Notes: generated by a model not told the origin, from the letters alone. A stretch of DNA of 64,000 nt from Gammaproteobacteria bacterium (GCA_965277405.1 OZ255726.1:672001-736000); one strand, 5' to 3'. Counted from the first letter of the stretch, positions 31,735 through 43,153 are shown. Numbers and translations are program-made.

Positions 31735-32895
31735 ATGGAAGACAAATATCGTAATATTCGACCTTGGAATGATAGCGAAGTTGCTGAAACCCTGCAACGC
31801 ATCACCGCTTCCAACACACTATTAAGCGGTATCGCGCGCAGGCGCTACCCATTCCTCGCATCACATTTATTAACACCCTTGATGTTGTTTATCCGCCTGT
31901 ATTTGCGCTGGCAATGTCGTGGGGTAACCACAGTACGTCAAGTGCAAAAACGTTTTGTGTTACCACATGTTAAAACAGTGCTGGACAAATATACCGATGG
32001 ACTGAGTTACGATGGCATTGCCAACCTATTAGATGGACCAGTAATGCTGCTGTCAAATCACCGCGACATCGTGTTTGACCCTACCATTATTAGCTATGTG
32101 CTATATCGATATAAAAACGACTCAACGCGAATTGCCATTGGTGACAACTTGTTGCACATTCCATTTGCCAGCGATTTAATGCGCCTAAATAAAAGCTTTA
32201 TTGTCAATCGCAGTGAAACAAGTATCCGCAAAAAATATCAAGCACTCACATTGCTTTCTGAATACATCCATCACTCAATAGATGTCGATAAGCAAAGTAT
32301 TTGGGTGGCACATAGAGAAGGACGCGCAAAAGATGGCATTGATAAAACAGATGAAGCAGTGATAAAGATGCTTTGCCTGGCTGATCGCAAGCAACCTTTT
32401 TCACAACAAATCGACAACCTCAAATTGCACATTGTCACTATCAGTTACGAATATGACCCAACTGCAACACTCAAAGCAGAAGAACTATTGCAACGCGATA
32501 CTCAGCTAAATTACTGCAAAGCTAATAACGAAGATATGCACAATGCATTAACAGGAATGTATGGGTATCGCGGCAAAGTACATCTATCTTTTAGCAAACA
32601 AATTCATTGTGAAGATACGGCATCTCACACAGACATTGCCAATTTAATCGACCGCACTATACTTGACCAATACCATTTTTTTGCAAGCAACCTGACTGCT
32701 TTGCATTATCTCAAAAACGATAAAAAATATCGGCCAGTATACGATTGGCTACAACCACAATATCCCCAACAGATGTGGACTGATGAAAAAATGCTATCGA
32801 TACTTGATCAAGCGCATGCCAATATACGTTCAATCATTGCGCAAATGTATGCAAACCCATGTTGGTTTAAGTGGACATTAAGCAACATCTGCTGA
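31735..32895 (+). CDS. Glycerol-phosphate/lipid acyltransferase (PlsC-like)
   Basis: SNHRDIVFDP (HX4D), IAIGDNLL, LMRLNKSFIV.R, REGRAKDG.D.T. Confidence 0.88.
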   Translation: MEDKYRNIRPWNDSEVAETLQRITASNTLLSGIARRRYPFLASHLLTPLMLFIRLYLRWQCRGVTTVRQVQKRFVLPHVKTVLDKYTDGLSYDGIANLLDGPVMLLSNHRDIVFDPTIISYVLYRYKNDSTRIAIGDNLLHIPFASDLMRLNKSFIVNRSETSIRKKYQALTLLSEYIHHSIDVDKQSIWVAHREGRAKDGIDKTDEAVIKMLCLADRKQPFSQQIDNLKLHIVTISYEYDPTATLKAEELLQRDTQLNYCKANNEDMHNALTGMYGYRGKVHLSFSKQIHCEDTASHTDIANLIDRTILDQYHFFASNLTALHYLKNDKKYRPVYDWLQPQYPQQMWTDEKMLSILDQAHANIRSIIAQMYANPCWFKWTLSNIC

Positions 32896-32906
32896 ATACC
32901 ACCACT

Positions 32907-33563
32907 TTAGATATTTTTCTTTGCCGCAGCCCATGATGTTGGTGTGCCAATGTCAAACCATTTGCCAGTATGTTCCACCATCCCTAATGTATTATTCGTG
33001 GCAGCATGGTGAAAACAATCTGCAAGATACACGCTAGAATTTAAGGAAAACAACTGCTGCTGCACCAAGCTTATCCCCGTATATATATAGCCAGCACTGC
33101 TATTGGCTGAAAATTCAATTTGCTGCAGGTCATCTATCTGAAAATCTGCTCGGCGCGCATCTTGGTAGCCGACAATAGTCGCAAGATGCGCTACTGTATG
33201 CTGGCGCATCAGTATGCGTACATCAAAATCATGCCAAATATCGACGTTAACGACCACCGCCTGCGCACTTTGCGTAAACAGTTGTGCCGCGGCATTGCGA
33301 ATGCCACCTGCGGTTTCCAAAGGGTGATCTTCGACAACTATTTGTATTGGAATAGGCCACGACTTGCTTGCGATATAATCAATAATGCGTTGACCGAGCC
33401 AACTGCAATTGACAATAACCGCGTCGATACCACAGCTGGCCAGCTGCTCAATATGCCGAGCAATCATTGGTTGATTGTTGACCGTTAATAATGCCTTCGG
33501 TGTGTGGAACGATATTGGGCGCATGCGTTTACCATAGCCTGCCGCCAGGATGATTGCCTTCAT
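32907..33563 (-). CDS. Nucleotidyltransferase, MurU-like
   Basis: MKAIILAAG.G.RMRP....TPK.L, LETAGGI, W.DIGTP. Confidence 0.85.
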   Translation of the reverse strand: MKAIILAAGYGKRMRPISFHTPKALLTVNNQPMIARHIEQLASCGIDAVIVNCSWLGQRIIDYIASKSWPIPIQIVVEDHPLETAGGIRNAAAQLFTQSAQAVVVNVDIWHDFDVRILMRQHTVAHLATIVGYQDARRADFQIDDLQQIEFSANSSAGYIYTGISLVQQQLFSLNSSVYLADCFHHAATNNTLGMVEHTGKWFDIGTPTSWAAAKKNI

Positions 33564-33701
33564 GATTTATTTATTACCACGCCACTGCGATACCCCAATA
33601 GTTCATCAAGGTAACGCGTTGCAAGTGTGCTTAGCATTACCATTGGCAATTACAGTTGTCATCGACGCGATTTAGCCCTATGCAGAAAATTATTGGTTGA
33701 T

Positions 33702-34739
33702 TTAATTGGTTTTTGCGGCGGCGGTTGCTGGGGCGGCGGTTGCATTAATTTCGTCTGGCAAAAATTTCTTGCGGATAGATGCTTCAATTTCTGCCGCCAT
33801 TTGCGGATGTTCTTCTAAATATTTTGCGGCATTATTGCGCCCTTGCCCAACACGTTCGCCATTATAGCTATACCACGTACCTGCTTTTTCAACAAAGCCG
33901 TTGGCTACACCTAGGTCGATAATTTCCGCATGATGATAAATCCCTTTGTTATACATAATCTGAAATTCACATTGGCGAAATGGTGGTGCTACTTTGTTTT
34001 TTACCACTTTCACCCGGGTTTCATTGCCAACAATTTCATCACCATTTTTAACTGCGCCAATACGGCGGATATCTAAGCGAACCGAAGCATAGAATTTGAG
34101 CGCATTGCCGCCAGTCGTTGTTTCTGGTGAGCCAAACACCACTCCAATTTTCATCCGCAGTTGATTAATAAAAAGTACCATGGTATTGGTGCGTTTAATG
34201 TTACCGGTGATTTTCCGTAGTGCTTGAGACATCAGCCGCGCCTGCAAGCCAACATGGTGATCCCCCATATTTCCTTCGATTTCTGATTTTGGCGTTAATG
34301 CCGCAACTGAATCGATAACAACCACATCAACGCCGCCTGAGCGCACCAGCATATCGCAAATCTCAAGTGCTTGCTCGCCAGTATCTGGCTGAGAAACCAG
34401 CAGTTGATCAGTATTCACCCCAAGACGCTGCGCATAGTTTGGATCAAGCGCATGCTCTGCATCAATAAAAGCGGCAGTTCCGCCGTTGCGTTGAGATTCA
34501 GCAATTGTTTGCAATGCAAGAGTAGTTTTCCCTGAAGATTCTGGACCATACACCTCTACGACGCGACCGACAGGCAGTCCGCCGATACCCAAGGCAATAT
34601 CGAGCGCTAATGAACCAGTTGAGATTGCAGCAATTGCTACATGCTCTTGTTCACCAAGGCGCATAACAGAGCCCTTGCCAAATTGTCGCTCAATCTGTGC
34701 CAATGCTGCTGCTAATGCCTTTTGTTTTTTCTCATCCAT
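33702..34739 (-). CDS. recA: Recombinase A
   Basis: [51 protein letters not shown]. Confidence 0.99.
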   Translation of the reverse strand: MDEKKQKALAAALAQIERQFGKGSVMRLGEQEHVAIAAISTGSLALDIALGIGGLPVGRVVEVYGPESSGKTTLALQTIAESQRNGGTAAFIDAEHALDPNYAQRLGVNTDQLLVSQPDTGEQALEICDMLVRSGGVDVVVIDSVAALTPKSEIEGNMGDHHVGLQARLMSQALRKITGNIKRTNTMVLFINQLRMKIGVVFGSPETTTGGNALKFYASVRLDIRRIGAVKNGDEIVGNETRVKVVKNKVAPPFRQCEFQIMYNKGIYHHAEIIDLGVANGFVEKAGTWYSYNGERVGQGRNNAAKYLEEHPQMAAEIEASIRKKFLPDEINATAAPATAAAKTN

Positions 34740-35022
34740 TCTCATCTCTGCTAATACACCGCATATAAATTGCTAATACTGCCACAGGTAGTGCAGCCTC
34801 TGTTTTCCCGCCATGTTGTCAACCACTTTTATCTAACAATGGTGATATATTTGCTGTAACTGCAATATAATAACCAGCTGATGCGGCAACATTGAGGATT
34901 GAAATCACCACTAGTTTTTTGGTTTGTTCACGCAACTGGTGATACATGATATCACTTGGCATCAATGTTTTATACACAACTAGTTATAACCATGCAGAGC
35001 AATACCGCAATATAGACGCGCA

Positions 35023-35412
35023 TCACCCCTTGCTCCATTGCACAATTTTACCGCGGTCAAATACATAGCCAGATTGCACAGACCGATAGCTTATAAACAC
35101 TTGTGACACTGGAATTGATGTCACTGCATGAATCACTCCAGCCAACTGTTGCAATAATTGTTGTACCCGCTCATCAGCAATCACATCGGCAGCAAACAGT
35201 TCGACATTAAGTGGATGTTGTTGTGGGTCGCACCATTCATACACCACACCGGCATGAGATAAATGACCAGGGTCAATAAAACGCCAATAGACAGAAATAG
35301 CAGCGAGTGCTAAACCGCTTATTTCAGAAAACTGTTTAGAAATTTGCTCAAGCGCACTGCCAATATCTTGCTCTTCAGCAAACGGCAGCGAAGTAATAGA
35401 AATCTGTGGCAT
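35023..35412 (-). CDS. Hypothetical protein, tautomerase/MIF-like fold
   Basis: N-terminal Met-Pro (MPQISI), two beta-alpha-beta-like units, VFISY.....G.VF..G; co-oriented with lpxA and 3 bp after it. Confidence 0.5.
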   Translation of the reverse strand: MPQISITSLPFAEEQDIGSALEQISKQFSEISGLALAAISVYWRFIDPGHLSHAGVVYEWCDPQQHPLNVELFAADVIADERVQQLLQQLAGVIHAVTSIPVSQVFISYRSVQSGYVFDRGKIVQWSKG

Positions 35413-35415
35413 GGT

Positions 35416-36228
35416 TTAAACTTGGTGCTGCAGCTTGGGGTTTTTTGGGTCAATACGCTGGATGATACTGCGGCGAAATGACCCCAGTGAATCCAGCATG
35501 ATGTGATGCGCCTTGGTGCCGTTCGCAATGGAACGGACACGTTCAACAACGTGTTTCTTACCAAGCGGTCCATTATAAACTGTTTTGAATACATGGAGCA
35601 TATCTTGGGTATCGTCAGCATCAAACCCTCTGCGTAGCATGCCGATTGTATTGATTCCATACGCTCGAGCACGATTACCAGAGGCTAAGAAAAACGCTGG
35701 AACATCTCTGGATACCGCCGATGACTGGCCAATCATTGCATACGCGCCAATCGTAGAGAATTGATGTACAGTTGTATACCCACCTATAATCGCGTAGCTG
35801 CCGATCACAACATGACCGGCTATTGCTGCGTTATTTGCCATTACCAAATGGTTACCAAGGATACAATCGTGGGCAATATGCGCGCCCACCATAATAAAAT
35901 TATTATTACCTATTTCAGTAATGCCGCGATGATGTGAAGAACCACGATGAATAGTTACGTGCTCACGAATTATATTATTATCCCCAATACGCAATTCAAC
36001 TGCTACTGATCTATCGCAATTTAGGTCTTGACAATCAACCCCAATCGCTGCAAACGGGTACAGTTGATTATTCTCACCAATTGTTGTTGTACCTTCAATC
36101 ACCACATGGGAATGCACTACGGTGTTTTGTCCAATATGAACGTTAGCGCCGATGCGACAAAATGCGCCAATTACTACAGACTCATCAATCTGTGCGGATG
36201 CATCTATTAAGGCTGTGCTATCAATCAT
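35416..36228 (-). CDS. lpxA: UDP-N-acetylglucosamine acyltransferase
   Basis: Hexapeptide repeats, IGDNNIIRE.VTIHRG, AHIAHDC, AGHV, VHQF. Confidence 0.95.
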   Translation of the reverse strand: MIDSTALIDASAQIDESVVIGAFCRIGANVHIGQNTVVHSHVVIEGTTTIGENNQLYPFAAIGVDCQDLNCDRSVAVELRIGDNNIIREHVTIHRGSSHHRGITEIGNNNFIMVGAHIAHDCILGNHLVMANNAAIAGHVVIGSYAIIGGYTTVHQFSTIGAYAMIGQSSAVSRDVPAFFLASGNRARAYGINTIGMLRRGFDADDTQDMLHVFKTVYNGPLGKKHVVERVRSIANGTKAHHIMLDSLGSFRRSIIQRIDPKNPKLQHQV

Positions 36229-36673
36229 CTTGATCGATTTGTTGATGCGCACACAAAATTTCTGCAGAACAGATCATTGTATCGCCAACTGATGCTCGGC
36301 AAAAAAAACGCCACATATTGCGTTTATTTTTGATGATTTCGGAATACAAATCAAGCCGATCTCCTGGCTCGACAGGATGACGAAACCGTAGCTTATCCAC
36401 CCCAACGAATATATAAATCGAAGACTCTTTTGGCTCAATATTCATCGTGCGAAAACCCAGCAGACCAGAGGATTGCGCCATTGCTTCAAGCGTCAATACT
36501 CCTGGAAAAATGGGCTTGTTAGGAAAGTGCCCTGGAAAATACCATTCATTAAAGCTGATATTTTTATAACAATGAATATGCCTACCAGGTTGCAGATCAG
36601 TAACTCGGTCGATTAACAGAAAAGGATATCTGTGGGGTAAATAGCGCTGGATGTCATCAATTTTCATTTCCAT
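36221..36673 (-). CDS. fabZ: 3-hydroxyacyl-ACP dehydratase
   Basis: LPHRYPFLLIDRV, F.GHFP..PI.PGVL..EAMAQ. Confidence 0.97.
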   Translation of the reverse strand: MEMKIDDIQRYLPHRYPFLLIDRVTDLQPGRHIHCYKNISFNEWYFPGHFPNKPIFPGVLTLEAMAQSSGLLGFRTMNIEPKESSIYIFVGVDKLRFRHPVEPGDRLDLYSEIIKNKRNMWRFFCRASVGDTMICSAEILCAHQQIDQDD

Positions 36674-37664
36674 GAGTTTTGCTCTCTAAAATTTTTTTTA
36701 ATCGAATGTGCATTTTCTGCCACTGCCTATGCTCAAACAACTGGATAAAACCACTTGAATACCTGCCAGCCTTCATTATGTTTTTTATCACTGTTGTAAA
36801 GCCAGAAATAGTGACATCGTCGGCAATGCGCATGTGATCGCTTATCACCACACTACCACCAATGGTACAACGCGCACCAACTACCGTACTGCCACCTATT
36901 AAACATCCTGCAGAAATAACAGTATCATCACCAACTGTTACATTATGTGCCAGCTGGCATAAATTATCGATTTTCACTCTATTGCCAACAGTAGTTGTAA
37001 TATTTGGAAATGTAGCCCTATCAATACAAGTGTTAGCTCCAATTTCCACATCGCTCCCTATGACAACACCACCTAACTGGGCAATTTTTGTATTGACAGC
37101 ACCATCGCGTACATAGCCAAACCCATCAGCACCAATCCTGCAGCCACTATGTAAAATAACTCGCTCACCAATCTTGGATTCGTGGTAGATACAACTCTGC
37201 GGATGGAATATGCAAGCTGCTGCAATCTGAGAATTCCTGCCGATAAACACTCCTGCACCAATAACGCAGCCATCACCAATCACAACGTCTTCCTCAATCA
37301 CCACATGCGGGGCAATCGAAACATTACTACCAATTTGGGCGGTAGCAGCAATCCACGCAGCAGCATGTGCTGCGCCATAGCGCGTTGGCAATGGTGCAAA
37401 GCGCTGCCCTAGGATTGCTAATGCAAGCTGTGGACGTTTCACAATCAGCTGTGTTGTGTTAGTGGCGTCAATTCGCGCATTGACCACCAGCAACCCAGCG
37501 CGGCATGCCTGCGCCAGTTCACTGTGTTTGCTATCAAATACAAATGCTATGTCGGTTGCTCCTGCGTGTGCTAACGACGCTAACGCAAATAACTGCTGGT
37601 TGCCATCATTGCAATTGTGCAATATACCATGTGTTAGTAAAGCGCATTCGTCATACGTAAGCAC
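36657..37664 (-). CDS. lpxD: UDP-3-O-acylglucosamine N-acyltransferase
   Basis: IGADGFGY, KI.QLG.V.IG.DVEIGANT.IDR, KIDNL.Q.AHNV. Confidence 0.95.
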   Translation of the reverse strand: MLTYDECALLTHGILHNCNDGNQQLFALASLAHAGATDIAFVFDSKHSELAQACRAGLLVVNARIDATNTTQLIVKRPQLALAILGQRFAPLPTRYGAAHAAAWIAATAQIGSNVSIAPHVVIEEDVVIGDGCVIGAGVFIGRNSQIAAACIFHPQSCIYHESKIGERVILHSGCRIGADGFGYVRDGAVNTKIAQLGGVVIGSDVEIGANTCIDRATFPNITTTVGNRVKIDNLCQLAHNVTVGDDTVISAGCLIGGSTVVGARCTIGGSVVISDHMRIADDVTISGFTTVIKNIMKAGRYSSGFIQLFEHRQWQKMHIRLKKILESKTHGNEN

Positions 37665-37668
37665 ATAC

Positions 37669-38163
37669 TTACTCCATCATCGTATTTAGTTTTTCGCGCA
37701 ATTCATCGGTAATATCCAAACTCGTTGAATAATATACAACGCCTACTTTGTCTAACACAGCGCTAACTTTGTATTTTGTACTAAGCTCCTTGATTGCGCT
37801 ATCAATAAGGTCGCGATTTGCGCTTACGAAGGCATTCTCCCGCTGCATCCTCTTCCGTTCCATTGCAGACAGTATTTCATTATACTGCTGCGTTTTTGTA
37901 TTTAGTTCAAACGTCATTTTTTGTATTTCTGCATCGGTTAAAATATCTTTATCTTTTAGTATCGCTGTTCTATCAGCGGTAATCTCGCTTTGCATGCTCT
38001 TAACCTTGGCGATCTCTGCTGTGTTTTCTTCGGCCATTTCTTCATTAATTTGCAATGCCTTGTTGGTAGTAAACAACGCTTGCCTCCAATCAACAATCAC
38101 AAAGTCTGCAGCAAATACATACGACGACAGACATGCTAATACACATACAAACAGGTGTTTCAT
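37669..38163 (-). CDS. skp: Periplasmic chaperone Skp/OmpH
   Basis: Signal peptide, coiled coil, C-terminal V.Y....DIT; between bamA and lpxD. Confidence 0.85.
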   Translation of the reverse strand: MKHLFVCVLACLSSYVFAADFVIVDWRQALFTTNKALQINEEMAEENTAEIAKVKSMQSEITADRTAILKDKDILTDAEIQKMTFELNTKTQQYNEILSAMERKRMQRENAFVSANRDLIDSAIKELSTKYKVSAVLDKVGVVYYSTSLDITDELREKLNTMME

Positions 38164-38249
38164 AATTTTCCTAGTTAAAATAAAGACCGCAATACTATCT
38201 CGCATTACTAGTTTTGTAGCAACCGAGCATAAATAAACCCTCGGAACTA

Positions 38250-40571
38250 TCAGTACACAGCGCCTAAACTGAATTCAAAAGCACTCACTGCGTCTCCTTC
38301 ACCAGGGTTAATCGCTCGGTTAAAGTGAAACCCAAGTGGTGCGAGTGGTGTCATCCAAATTATAGATAGTCCAACTGTACGCTTCAATTCTTGTAAACGC
38401 ACTCCTGGGTTACAAGATGGCTTGACAACATAGCAGCGGTCAACAAACACGTTCGCCATATCGTGGTACAACGAAAAACGTGCGGACTTTGTTTCAACCC
38501 ATAATGGAAATATCAACTCTGTAGTTTGTTGAATCAAAATATTGCCGCCAAGTGTTCCTGCGTCGCTGCCGTTTGCATTTGTTGCTTTTACACCCTGTGA
38601 TGTTGCCGAATAGCCACGCAATGTACCATAGCCACCCACATACGAGTTCGCGGTGAATGGCACTACTTTACGCGAGCCATATGAGCCACTGTACGTTAAT
38701 TTTGTTGAAAATTTTGTCGTCCAACTCTCATTCTTACTTATTGGGACATAGTATGTGCCTGTATAATGCAGCGTTGCATATTGCGGTGTAGTTCTATCGC
38801 CAACTTTCAATTTTAAACCAAAAGATTGCATGCCTCCAGAGGTGGGAAACACACCACGATTTAAAGCATTCTGCGCAACCCCAACGTACACATTTAACTC
38901 AGTAATAGTGTTACCGTATACATTTGTCAGCGCCGTTATTTCTTGAATTGGAGCTGACCCCAACACAAAATCTTTATTATCGATACCAAATCCATAGTTG
39001 ACAAACACCGTATTCGCAACTGGATAGCCAAGCCCGAGACTCCCGCCATAGCTGTTGAATGCATAATTCGCAATCGTCGAAGAATCGGTATAATCAGTGT
39101 TGTTGATATAGCCGCTAGTACTTAAGCTGACACGATCCTCGCCAAAATTGGGCTGATCATACGAAAAGCTAAGTTGCTTGGTGGTACTCGCAGTATTCAT
39201 GTTTGCGGACACTGCATTGCCTGTTCCAAGATAATTACTATCTTGGTATTGCAATATCAGCCCAGCCCCACCCATTGTTGAATATTGTACACCGCCTGAA
39301 ATCGAGCCAGACGGCGCTTCGACAATATTGATTTTAATATCAATCTGGCTCGGCACTCCTGGAATGTGATGAATTTCATGAGACACTTGCTCGATATAAG
39401 GCTTACGCCGAATACGCTTAATCGATGCGTTTAAGCGTGAGCGTGAAAACCAACTTGCCTCAAGCTGTAACAGCTCTACGCGCAAGGTAGTGTCTGCTGT
39501 CGTCGTATTTCCCGTAAAGATAATCCTGCGTACGTACACACGCTCTCTTGGATTGATAAAAATCTCAAGTGTCATGTGGCGGTTCTCTGTTTTAATTTCA
39601 TTGGTGCGAACTTGCGCATTACCGTAGCCGCGGTCGCCTAATTTTTCAGTGATATTGGCCTCAAGCTGCGAAATGCTCTGTGCAGAATAATCATCGCCAA
39701 CTGCAATAAATTCCTGTTGTTGATATTCCTCAAGCGGATAAATTAAGCTGCCGCGATAATCAATGACATCGATGGTATAGTGCTCGCCTTCATCGACTAC
39801 AATAGTGATATAAATACTTTTTTTGTCAGTGCTCACCGACACGGTCGTGTCGATAATAGTGAAATCAGCATAGCCACGGTTGCGGTAGAATAGTTGCAAT
39901 CGCTCTAAATCACCACTTAGTTTTGCCCGCTGATAGTCATTGCTATGGAATATATTGCTCAGTACACCGCGTTGCTCCAACTCAAACTGTGCTAATAACT
40001 CATTGCTTGAAAACGCATGATTGCCAATAAATAAAATTTCGGCAACAATACTGGTCGGCACTTCTTGAATATCAATCATAACCTTCACCTGCGTGTCGCT
40101 AAGGTTTTCAACTTTGGTGGTAATGACAGTCCCATAACGACCATTTTGACTGTAAAAATAATCGATATTGTTGATAGTTGTATCAAGAAAGTTTCGTTGC
40201 AAAATCTCGCCTTCCACTACGCCAATTTTCTTGAGTTCTTTGCGAATATCATCTTCTTGAATAAGGGTGTTTCCTTTGAAGGTGATTTCTTGAATGGTTG
40301 GTCGTTCAACTAAATCAACGACTAAAACATCACCTTCACGGCTAAAGATAATGTCGTCGAAATAGCCGCTAGCAAATAAGGCTTCGAAGGCATTATCTAA
40401 TAATTGTTGATCAAACTCATCACCAATCCGCACCGTCATATTCGCAAACACAACATCAGCACTTATCACTTTGAGACCTTTCACCGTAATGTCGCTAATA
40501 CTCCCAGCCGCAGCTACAGCTGTACTCAACACCAACAGCGCTGCGCAACCAATGCATAGTATTTTATTCAT
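38250..40571 (-). CDS. bamA: Outer-membrane protein assembly factor BamA
   Basis: POTRA repeats (LF.SGYF.D, KL.GDLE.L..FY.NRGY, YVRRI.F.GN..T.D..LR.E), LRGY, C-terminal FEFSLG. Confidence 0.96.
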   Translation of the reverse strand: MNKILCIGCAALLVLSTAVAAAGSISDITVKGLKVISADVVFANMTVRIGDEFDQQLLDNAFEALFASGYFDDIIFSREGDVLVVDLVERPTIQEITFKGNTLIQEDDIRKELKKIGVVEGEILQRNFLDTTINNIDYFYSQNGRYGTVITTKVENLSDTQVKVMIDIQEVPTSIVAEILFIGNHAFSSNELLAQFELEQRGVLSNIFHSNDYQRAKLSGDLERLQLFYRNRGYADFTIIDTTVSVSTDKKSIYITIVVDEGEHYTIDVIDYRGSLIYPLEEYQQQEFIAVGDDYSAQSISQLEANITEKLGDRGYGNAQVRTNEIKTENRHMTLEIFINPRERVYVRRIIFTGNTTTADTTLRVELLQLEASWFSRSRLNASIKRIRRKPYIEQVSHEIHHIPGVPSQIDIKINIVEAPSGSISGGVQYSTMGGAGLILQYQDSNYLGTGNAVSANMNTASTTKQLSFSYDQPNFGEDRVSLSTSGYINNTDYTDSSTIANYAFNSYGGSLGLGYPVANTVFVNYGFGIDNKDFVLGSAPIQEITALTNVYGNTITELNVYVGVAQNALNRGVFPTSGGMQSFGLKLKVGDRTTPQYATLHYTGTYYVPISKNESWTTKFSTKLTYSGSYGSRKVVPFTANSYVGGYGTLRGYSATSQGVKATNANGSDAGTLGGNILIQQTTELIFPLWVETKSARFSLYHDMANVFVDRCYVVKPSCNPGVRLQELKRTVGLSIIWMTPLAPLGFHFNRAINPGEGDAVSAFEFSLGAVY

Positions 40572-41959
40572 AACGCAACAAAGTCATTAAAAACAGCAAT
40601 TCCCATAAATAACGCCAAAAAAACCATACCAAATCGCATCGCATACTGTTGCGCATATGCACTAAGGGGCACACCTCGGACCGCCTCAATGCAATAAAAA
40701 AATAAGTGTCCACCATCAAGCATTGGAATTGGCAGCATATTCAATACCCCCAACGACACGCTCAGCAAAGCGCAAAAGATAATAAACTGCTGCAAACCAT
40801 ATTCAGCACTTTGTCCCGCATATTTGGCGATACGTAGCGGTCCACTAAGCGTTTGAATTGACATTTTGCCAGTAATCAATTTATACAGTCCGACCAAGGT
40901 TAGCTTAACCATTTGCAAAGTAGACGCACCACCTTGCCAAACCGCTTGCAATACATTCGGCTGCGCAGTTGTATATAATTCCGCTGGCAGTGCTGGCATA
41001 ACAACTTGTACACCAACGCTATAGCGCTTGTTTGTTTGGTTCATTATTGGAGTAACTTGCAGCGTAAACGGCTGCCCATCCCGCAATATTCCAACAGCAA
41101 GCGTGGCACCATTTGAGGCAATAACCCGCGCAACAAAATCAGACCAGTTGACAATTGCCAGCTGATTCACCGCAGTAATTTTATCATTTGTAAGAATCCC
41201 AGCTGCAGCCGCTGGAGAATTCTCCACTACTCGTTGAATACGTGCAGGGACGTCCAGTCGTAACGGCGCAATGCCAAGCGCAGCCAATGTATCTGGCTCT
41301 GCTGCAGTTGACAACCAGTCTGCAATGGGCAATTGATACTGTGCAGCAGCAGCGGTATTGAATACAAGTTTTGGCAACTCCACTCCAGCGTTCCAACTCT
41401 GCTGTATTTGCTCAATCACTGCTTGTTGCTGGGTAACATCGACAACAATCGCACCACTATCACCAATACGCTGCAACAAGGCAAAATGTGCATCCTGCCA
41501 ATTATGTATCGGTTGACCATCGATAGCGGTAATCATATCGCCCCGCTGCATTCCTGCAGTTGCTGCAAGTTTGCTTGGCGCATCAACATATGCCGCCATC
41601 GTTGTGACCCCCATCAATGCAGCCATGCTATACAACACCAATGCCAACACCAGGTTTGCCAACGGTCCGGCAACAACGATTGCTATCCGCTTTGTTAGCG
41701 ATTGCATATCAAAACATTGGCGGTGATTGGCTGCGGTTGTGGCATGTGACTCTAGCATTTGCACATACCCTCCAAGTGGAATCATACATACGACATATGC
41801 CGTACCTTTGCTGTCATGAAAACGCAATATTGGTTTCCCAAACCCGATTGAAAACTTAAGCACAGTAACGCCACATGCTCTGGCAACAGCAAAGTGACCA
41901 TATTCATGGAATGCAATCAGTAAGGTAAATGCAGCCAGAGCAGAGAGAATTGTCAGCAT
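40568..41959 (-). CDS. rseP: Intramembrane metalloprotease RseP
   Basis: HEYGH, IPLGGYV.M, AGP.AN, two PDZ domains, N.LPIP.LDGGH. Confidence 0.96.
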   Translation of the reverse strand: MLTILSALAAFTLLIAFHEYGHFAVARACGVTVLKFSIGFGKPILRFHDSKGTAYVVCMIPLGGYVQMLESHATTAANHRQCFDMQSLTKRIAIVVAGPLANLVLALVLYSMAALMGVTTMAAYVDAPSKLAATAGMQRGDMITAIDGQPIHNWQDAHFALLQRIGDSGAIVVDVTQQQAVIEQIQQSWNAGVELPKLVFNTAAAAQYQLPIADWLSTAAEPDTLAALGIAPLRLDVPARIQRVVENSPAAAAGILTNDKITAVNQLAIVNWSDFVARVIASNGATLAVGILRDGQPFTLQVTPIMNQTNKRYSVGVQVVMPALPAELYTTAQPNVLQAVWQGGASTLQMVKLTLVGLYKLITGKMSIQTLSGPLRIAKYAGQSAEYGLQQFIIFCALLSVSLGVLNMLPIPMLDGGHLFFYCIEAVRGVPLSAYAQQYAMRFGMVFLALFMGIAVFNDFVAL

Positions 41960-41989
41960 ATAATCAGCCTTTGGTAAGTATATAAAAGT

Positions 41990-43153
41990 TTATGAAGCAC
42001 TAGCGATCCAACGATCAACAGTCCTGCGTGTATATTGATCAACATACAATACTTCATCAATAGTTGTTGGTCTGGAATACGATAATTCATTCACCGCGCG
42101 CAGCACAATTTCATCAATTGCATCAAAGCGTATGGTGTTGTTCAAAAAAGCGGCAACAGCTACTTCATTGGCGGCATTAAGAATATTCCCCTGTGTTGCA
42201 TCATAGCGAATAATTTCACGAGCAATAGCCACAATAGGAAAGCGCCGTTCATCGATTGGCATGAATTCCAGCGTGCCTAGCTGCGTTACATCAACAGGAG
42301 CAATACCCGTCTTGATTTTATTTGGGCTACCAAGTGAGTTGCCAATCGCCACAGCCATATCTGGCGGACCAAGGTGAGCAATCAGCGAACCATCAATAAA
42401 GCCAACCAGACCATGTACTATACTTTTTGGATGCAACACCACGCGTATCTGCTTTGCTTGCAGCGCAAATAACCAATGTGCTTCAAGCATCTCCAGGGAC
42501 TTGTTAATCATCGTTGCCGAATCAACAGATACTTTTTTGCCCATCGACCAATTTGGATGAGCGCATGCCTGTGCCACGGTAACTTGTGGCAGTTGCTCAC
42601 GAGTGAGCATGCGCAGCGGCCCACCAGATGCCGTGATGACCACATGGTCAACACCAGCAACAGCCTGACCACAACGTGGATAACCCAAACATTGCCACAA
42701 GGCATTGTGCTCGCTATCAATAGGCACTAACTCCGCTTGGTGTTGATCTATAACATCCATCAGAATATTGCCTGCGCTTACCAATGACTCTTTATTTGCT
42801 AATACAATTCTTTTGCCTTGTTGTGCCGCGTGCACAGTCGCCTCCAATCCAGCCACACCAACAATGCCGTTAACCAACACGTCGTATTCAACGCTATCGA
42901 GTAATTGGGTGTTGCTCTGCGAGCCTTGAAATACTTCGATGCCTGCCAGACACGAAACATCTACCTGCGTATCAATGACTGCAGCCGCGCTACATGCATG
43001 TGCATGGCATATACTAGCTAAATCATGCACGGCACTATGGGCGCTCACAGCAACAATACGCAACACATCGCTATTGCGCTGAATGACTTGACGGGTTGTT
43101 GTGCCAATAGAGCCCGTGGCGCCTAAAATAATGACACGCTGTTGCATAGACAT
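41990..43153 (-). CDS. dxr: 1-deoxy-D-xylulose-5-phosphate reductoisomerase
   Basis: LGATGSIG, LANKESLV, P.DSEH.A, TASGGP, HPNWSMG.K.S.DSATM.NK.LE, NAANE. Confidence 0.98.
   Translation of the reverse strand: MSMQQRVIILGATGSIGTTTRQVIQRNSDVLRIVAVSAHSAVHDLASICHAHACSAAAVIDTQVDVSCLAGIEVFQGSQSNTQLLDSVEYDVLVNGIVGVAGLEATVHAAQQGKRIVLANKESLVSAGNILMDVIDQHQAELVPIDSEHNALWQCLGYPRCGQAVAGVDHVVITASGGPLRMLTREQLPQVTVAQACAHPNWSMGKKVSVDSATMINKSLEMLEAHWLFALQAKQIRVVLHPKSIVHGLVGFIDGSLIAHLGPPDMAVAIGNSLGSPNKIKTGIAPVDVTQLGTLEFMPIDERRFPIVAIAREIIRYDATQGNILNAANEVAVAAFLNNTIRFDAIDEIVLRAVNELSYSRPTTIDEVLYVDQYTRRTVDRWIASAS

Noticed and set aside
33560-33640. Possible amgK C-terminal remnant upstream of the murU-like gene
   Set aside because: Only a faint ATRY.DEL resemblance over a few residues
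34775-34800. LexA box upstream of recA
   Set aside because: CTG...CAG spacing is 12 nt rather than 10 and the core does not fit
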